This document shows positions 59,765 through 64,000 of a DNA stretch of 64,000 nt, in pieces. Under the pieces are notes generated by a model. The model was not told the DNA's origin. It saw nothing but the letters and a program-made list of their open reading frames with translations, and did no database searches. Made by a program: the position numbers and the translations under genes. This DNA is from a virus. Taxonomy: Duplodnaviria > Caudoviricetes. Location: positions 1 to 64,000 of IMG/VR virus record IMGVR_UViG_3300025018_000138; one strand, given 5' to 3'. Positions within the stretch are counted from its first letter, which is position 1. Every line of letters starts with the position of its first letter.

Positions 59765-60432
59765 AATTTTATATAATCGTTAATTAAAAATTCATTGTTA
59801 TAAGGTTCAGTCCCATTAAATTCGTATAAACATTTTATTTTCGATTCGTGACTACTACCTATCCAAAATTCTGCACCATATCTATCACCGTTATTATCTA
59901 AATAACTAGAATTTAAGGTAAGTATATTTTTTGAATTAGTCCACCAATAGTTTCCTGAATAATGAGGATGAAAACCTAAAAAGGTATTTTCTCTATACAA
60001 AACACCGACCGAGTCGTAACCACTTTCAAGTTGAATTATACAATTTTCCCATCCGTATATTATATAATGTTCCATCAATCGTCTCCATTGATTGGTATTA
60101 TACGTTGCTCTTGTTATTCCTTTTGTGTGAAAATAACAAATATAGCAATCTTTAGTTTTTGCAAATTCGAGTATTAACCTCAAAGTATTTTTTTCTTCAA
60201 GTGCATTATCTTTGTGTAAAATAATTTGGATTTTGGGATACTGACTGATTAGATTTTGTAACCAATGTAAATCTTTTTCTTCGACATAATTCACTCCTAT
60301 AAAAATATTTGAAACATTATTGTATAATTTAGATTGAAATAGATTTGTAAGTTGTTCTTGTACTAATTGTTTATAATTTTTACTTAAATATACATGATAA
60401 AAAATTACTTTTTCCATATTCCAATCCCACAT
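59761..60432 (-). CDS. Putative glycosyltransferase-related protein
   Basis: YFHTKG, HYSGNYWW, AEFWI; located inside the glycosylation cluster. Confidence 0.45.
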   Translation of the reverse strand: MWDWNMEKVIFYHVYLSKNYKQLVQEQLTNLFQSKLYNNVSNIFIGVNYVEEKDLHWLQNLISQYPKIQIILHKDNALEEKNTLRLILEFAKTKDCYICYFHTKGITRATYNTNQWRRLMEHYIIYGWENCIIQLESGYDSVGVLYRENTFLGFHPHYSGNYWWTNSKNILTLNSSYLDNNGDRYGAEFWIGSSHESKIKCLYEFNGTEPYNNEFLINDYIKL

Positions 60433-61061
60433 TTATCAGACTTAATAAATTCCAAACAATTTTGTTTTTTTATTTCGTTCCATAAATTATTTACACCTGA
60501 ACATTGGTGACTTGCTATATCATGAAAAACTAAGTATCCATCTTTTTTTAATAATTTCTCACTATTAATAAAATCGAATTTTACTCCATCATAAGAATGG
60601 TCTCCATCTATAAAAATAATATCAAATTTTTCATCAGGATGTTCATCAAAAAATTTTCGACTTGTTCCATCAAAAAATACGATTTTAGTATTTGTATTTT
60701 TTTGAAGAAATGAAATATTTTGTCGAATGGTATTTTTCTGTTCATTTCCCCAATAAGATGAATTATCTATCGCAACACTTAATTTCAGTAACGGTTGAAT
60801 GTAAGTTTCTATTAAAAAAGAACCACCTTTACCTACACCGATGTTAAGATATGATTCAAACTTATGGTTTTTTAAAAACCATAAATATTCCACGTATTCT
60901 TCGGGGATTTGTTGTATTTCTAATCCCCCATATTTTAAATTGTCCCCAAACCAATTTGGGTGATTTACACCTGCTTCATTTTTAAGCCAATTTAATAATT
61001 CTTCTTTTGTTAATTTGTTTATATTTGTCATTGTTATAAAATTTTTAGTTCGGGAAAACAT
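60405..61061 (-). CDS. Class I SAM-dependent methyltransferase (Methyltransf_24-like)
   Basis: LNIGVGKGGS, DIIFIDGDHSY, VFHD. Confidence 0.85.
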   Translation of the reverse strand: MFSRTKNFITMTNINKLTKEELLNWLKNEAGVNHPNWFGDNLKYGGLEIQQIPEEYVEYLWFLKNHKFESYLNIGVGKGGSFLIETYIQPLLKLSVAIDNSSYWGNEQKNTIRQNISFLQKNTNTKIVFFDGTSRKFFDEHPDEKFDIIFIDGDHSYDGVKFDFINSEKLLKKDGYLVFHDIASHQCSGVNNLWNEIKKQNCLEFIKSDKCGIGIWKK

Positions 61062-62248
61062 ATTATAAATTTTTCATCGTAAATATCCGATAATGATTCC
61101 ATTATATATTCTTTAAAATTATGAGATAGTATCAATATGTAATCAGGCTTATACGTTTGAATTATGTTTCTATCGACTATTTCAATTCCAAGTTTGGGCA
61201 AAAATTTTCCTTGTTTTATATCCGTATCATCTATTATATATGGAATATCAGTATAATCTAACCCTAAACTATTTAAAAAAATACCACCTTTGGCTGATGC
61301 TCCAAATCCTACAATTTTATATCCATCTTCAATCAACGTATTAATGAAAGTTTTACAATCATTTATATGGTTTTTTATATTTTTCCCCCAATTTATATGA
61401 GAATCTAAAGTATATTTCTTTTCCATTTCTATATATTTTTCTACCGAACCATCTGATTTAATAACATTAGAAGTATCATGAGATATAATCAAACGTAAAG
61501 AACCTGAGTGCATATCATGAAAAATTATAACATTTATTTTTAAATTATGTTTCTGCATTAATTTTACTAATGGTGATACGGAGTAATAATAAATATGCTC
61601 GTGATAAATTTGGTCGAACTGATTAGTATTCATATTATGAATCCAATATGGAAATTCCAATACCCAAATACCATCTTCTTTTAATATTTTTTTAATAGTT
61701 TTAACAAATTCATCTATGTTTTTTAAGTGCTGAAATACATTTGTAGAAATAATTACATCGAATTTGTCACTTACATGTTCGAATACATTTTCATTAAAAA
61801 AGTTGTTAATAGTAGGAATTCCAATCGATTTGGAAATTTTAGATAAATTATCCGAAGGTTCTATATTTAATAACTTTAATTTTTTATCGGAACAATCTTT
61901 AAATGTTTTTAATAAAGTACCATCGTTACCCCCTATATCCATGATGTTGGTATTATCATCTATATTTACCATAGATTGTATATATTCAAACATTTTTTTA
62001 CAATGTTCGATATAAGGTTTATTCACTGACGTTTTAAACAAGTAATTATTAAATAATTTTTTAGCTTCGATTTCATTAGTTAACGATGTTAACCCCGATT
62101 CATTGAAATATTGAAGTTCGAGTTTATATGTTTTTATTTTTAAAGAATCCTCTCGTGTCAAACATAAATCGTTGACTAACGGCATATTACCTAAGTTGAA
62201 ATATTTTGTGGAAGTTTCCGTTTGTGTTATTGGACATATGTTTATCAT
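61034..62248 (-). CDS. NDP-sugar C-methyltransferase-like protein (NovU-like)
   Basis: LGNMPL, DIGGNDG, NVFQH, QIYHEHIYYYS, GFGASAKG, DDTDIKQG. Confidence 0.85.
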   Translation of the reverse strand: MINICPITQTETSTKYFNLGNMPLVNDLCLTREDSLKIKTYKLELQYFNESGLTSLTNEIEAKKLFNNYLFKTSVNKPYIEHCKKMFEYIQSMVNIDDNTNIMDIGGNDGTLLKTFKDCSDKKLKLLNIEPSDNLSKISKSIGIPTINNFFNENVFEHVSDKFDVIISTNVFQHLKNIDEFVKTIKKILKEDGIWVLEFPYWIHNMNTNQFDQIYHEHIYYYSVSPLVKLMQKHNLKINVIIFHDMHSGSLRLIISHDTSNVIKSDGSVEKYIEMEKKYTLDSHINWGKNIKNHINDCKTFINTLIEDGYKIVGFGASAKGGIFLNSLGLDYTDIPYIIDDTDIKQGKFLPKLGIEIVDRNIIQTYKPDYILILSHNFKEYIMESLSDIYDEKFIICFPELKIL

Positions 62249-62274
62249 TTTAATACTAATTACTCTCTAATGCT

Positions 62275-62970
62275 TTATAATTTGTTATATAAATCGTTTT
62301 GTTGTTCCTGTTTACTAATTTCTTTAACATGGAGGATTTCTAATTCATCACCTAAAGTTGCATAATTTTTTATATTAGTCAATTTTTCATGCACTTTACC
62401 CGACCATACAATATTATTTCGTTTTACATGAATTCTACCTTGAAAATCGGGATAATTTATTCTGTTAAACTGGTCTAATCTCCAACCCCATCGTTGGACA
62501 TGACTTGGTGTAATACCATTGACATAATTAGCCCTTGTACAATAGATTAAATCTAAAGTTGGATTTTCTTTAAATACATGATATGCTACAATAAAAAAGT
62601 TATCAGAAACTTGTTCATCAGCATCTAACCATAATACAATATTTCCATCTTTTATATGTTCAAATACTACATTTCTAAATGCTGAAAAGTCTCCTTCAAA
62701 TTTAGTAAATACAAAAATAAAATCATCCACGTTAATAGATGATTTTATTTGATTAAAAAAATCAGATTCTTTAGTCACTTTAGATTCATCCAATAGTATA
62801 ACAGGTTTATCAAAAATATTGATATTGTTAAACATTTGGTCTGAAATGCTAGTTAATAATCTAAATGTTTCTGATTCACCACATGTTACTATAATAGGTG
62901 TTAATTTCATATTAGACTCCTGTACTCCCAAAACCACCAATACCACGTACTGTTTCTGATAAGTCATCAA
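62275..62970 (-). CDS. Glycosyltransferase family 2
   Basis: LWLDADE, NYPDFQGR, GKVHE; true start probably at the internal MKLTP. Confidence 0.75.
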   Translation of the reverse strand: MMTYQKQYVVLVVLGVQESNMKLTPIIVTCGESETFRLLTSISDQMFNNINIFDKPVILLDESKVTKESDFFNQIKSSINVDDFIFVFTKFEGDFSAFRNVVFEHIKDGNIVLWLDADEQVSDNFFIVAYHVFKENPTLDLIYCTRANYVNGITPSHVQRWGWRLDQFNRINYPDFQGRIHVKRNNIVWSGKVHEKLTNIKNYATLGDELEILHVKEISKQEQQNDLYNKL

Positions 62971-63340
62971 CTATTTTGAATCCATTTAATGTTAAAACAG
63001 GTACAAATACTATTTGTCCTACTTTATCACCAAAATTATAGCTTTCATCACTATCCGATGTTTGATAATATCTAAAACGTATAGTTCCTCTATAATCAGG
63101 GTCTATTACACCAACACTATTTTTTAACATTAAATCCATTTTTGTAACTGAACTTCTTGGAAATAATAAACCGACATATCCTATTGGAATAGTCATCGCA
63201 ACACCTGTATCATATTCTATATATTTTTGAGTATGATTCACATTTATACAAGTCATATCATACCCCACAGCATTTTCAGAACCTTTTGATGGTATCGTTG
63301 CATGTTCATCAACTAATTTTATTTCTATATAATTTAACAT
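62912..63340 (-). CDS. dut: dUTPase
   Basis: AVGYD, FPRSS, GVIDPDYRG, RGIGGFGSTG. Confidence 0.95.
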   Translation of the reverse strand: MLNYIEIKLVDEHATIPSKGSENAVGYDMTCINVNHTQKYIEYDTGVAMTIPIGYVGLLFPRSSVTKMDLMLKNSVGVIDPDYRGTIRFRYYQTSDSDESYNFGDKVGQIVFVPVLTLNGFKIVDDLSETVRGIGGFGSTGV

Positions 63341-63341
63341 A

Positions 63342-64000
63342 TTATTCTACCTTTTTAATATTTAACGATTTTAAATTTGGTAATTTGATTTGTAATTGTT
63401 TAGCATGATAATTTGCAATAACATTAGTAATCTGTTTTGATACAGATTCATATCCAAATTTTGTTTTAATTTCTTCAATATTAGACAAATTTTTTGTGAA
63501 ATCAAAATTATTTCCACTTCGATTAATATATTTCAAATATCCTTTTAGCGAATCAATATTTATTTCATACCACTTAGAGCCTTGTACTAATATTTTACCC
63601 ATAACAGCTGATGGTGGAATATCTTTAAAAGCGCCCTTCATATAACTAACATTTTCACAACCGATAGTAAAATCCCTAAATGCTCCAACTTCGGGTACAA
63701 TTAATGGTTTATTAGATAAAACGGCATCCAAAATCATTCTTCCAAATCCCTCACCTTTAGTGGGATAAATATTAGCAATGTTTTTTTCATGGGATAGTAA
63801 GGCAAATAAGAACTGTGGGGATAGATGACCTGATAAAACAAGTAATGGAGCATTATCTTTAGATTTGATTTCTAAATCGACTACTGAGATTGCTTTTTTA
63901 AATAGATAATCAGTCATATAACTGCTATTTAAGCCATTCAATTTAGCAACTAATGCTATCTTATCAGTTGATTTAAATTGCTCTTTAAAAGCGATGTATA
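63342..64000 (-). CDS. Glycosyltransferase (GT-B/GT4-like), 5' end beyond the window edge
   Basis: Frame stays open to 64000 (YIAFKEQF..LVAK); PTKGEGFG motif. Confidence 0.75.
   Translation of the reverse strand, partial: YIAFKEQFKSTDKIALVAKLNGLNSSYMTDYLFKKAISVVDLEIKSKDNAPLLVLSGHLSPQFLFALLSHEKNIANIYPTKGEGFGRMILDAVLSNKPLIVPEVGAFRDFTIGCENVSYMKGAFKDIPPSAVMGKILVQGSKWYEINIDSLKGYLKYINRSGNNFDFTKNLSNIEEIKTKFGYESVSKQITNVIANYHAKQLQIKLPNLKSLNIKKVE

Noticed and set aside
644-62015. Many plus-strand ORFs antisense to recognised genes or tRNAs (e.g. 644-880, 3967-4281, 23544-23750, 37248-37913, 55218-55706)
   Set aside because: Shadow ORFs with no motifs, overlapping well-supported minus-strand features
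1-64000. Stop-codon reassignment (TAG/TGA recoding) as in some large phages
   Set aside because: Conserved genes are intact under code 11, TAG and TGA end several ORFs, and no suppressor anticodon (CTA/TCA) was found

Overview
Very AT-rich segment of a large dsDNA bacteriophage. Neck protein, GroEL, dNMP kinase, ThyA, PhoH and Dda-like helicase point to a myovirus-like jumbo phage; several hints suggest a Bacteroidota host (inference). Most genes lie on the minus strand. The centre (about 23-44 kb) is a translation-support island with three tRNA clusters (about 29 tRNA or tRNA-like genes, covering all 20 amino acids only if a non-canonical Tyr gene is counted). It also holds a CCA-adding enzyme, a second nucleotidyltransferase, a Ro60/TROVE gene, five Y-RNA-like ncRNAs with a covarying terminal helix, several unexplained structured RNAs and free-standing endonucleases. 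Three observations stand out. (1) The tRNA-Tyr(GTA) and duplicated tRNA-Arg(ACG) genes have their anticodon arm before a D-like arm, so the arm order is swapped. (2) Two leader-peptide/terminator/antiterminator attenuators sit ahead of the two main tRNA arrays, and their codons mirror the tRNAs downstream. (3) The five Y-RNA-like genes carry different tRNA-like modules. Elsewhere: an RNA ligase module, a solo TnpB with an orphan copy of its downstream end, an attC-like site, an intein in GroEL and a glycosyltransferase/methyltransferase cluster. All structures were read by eye; no database searches were run.
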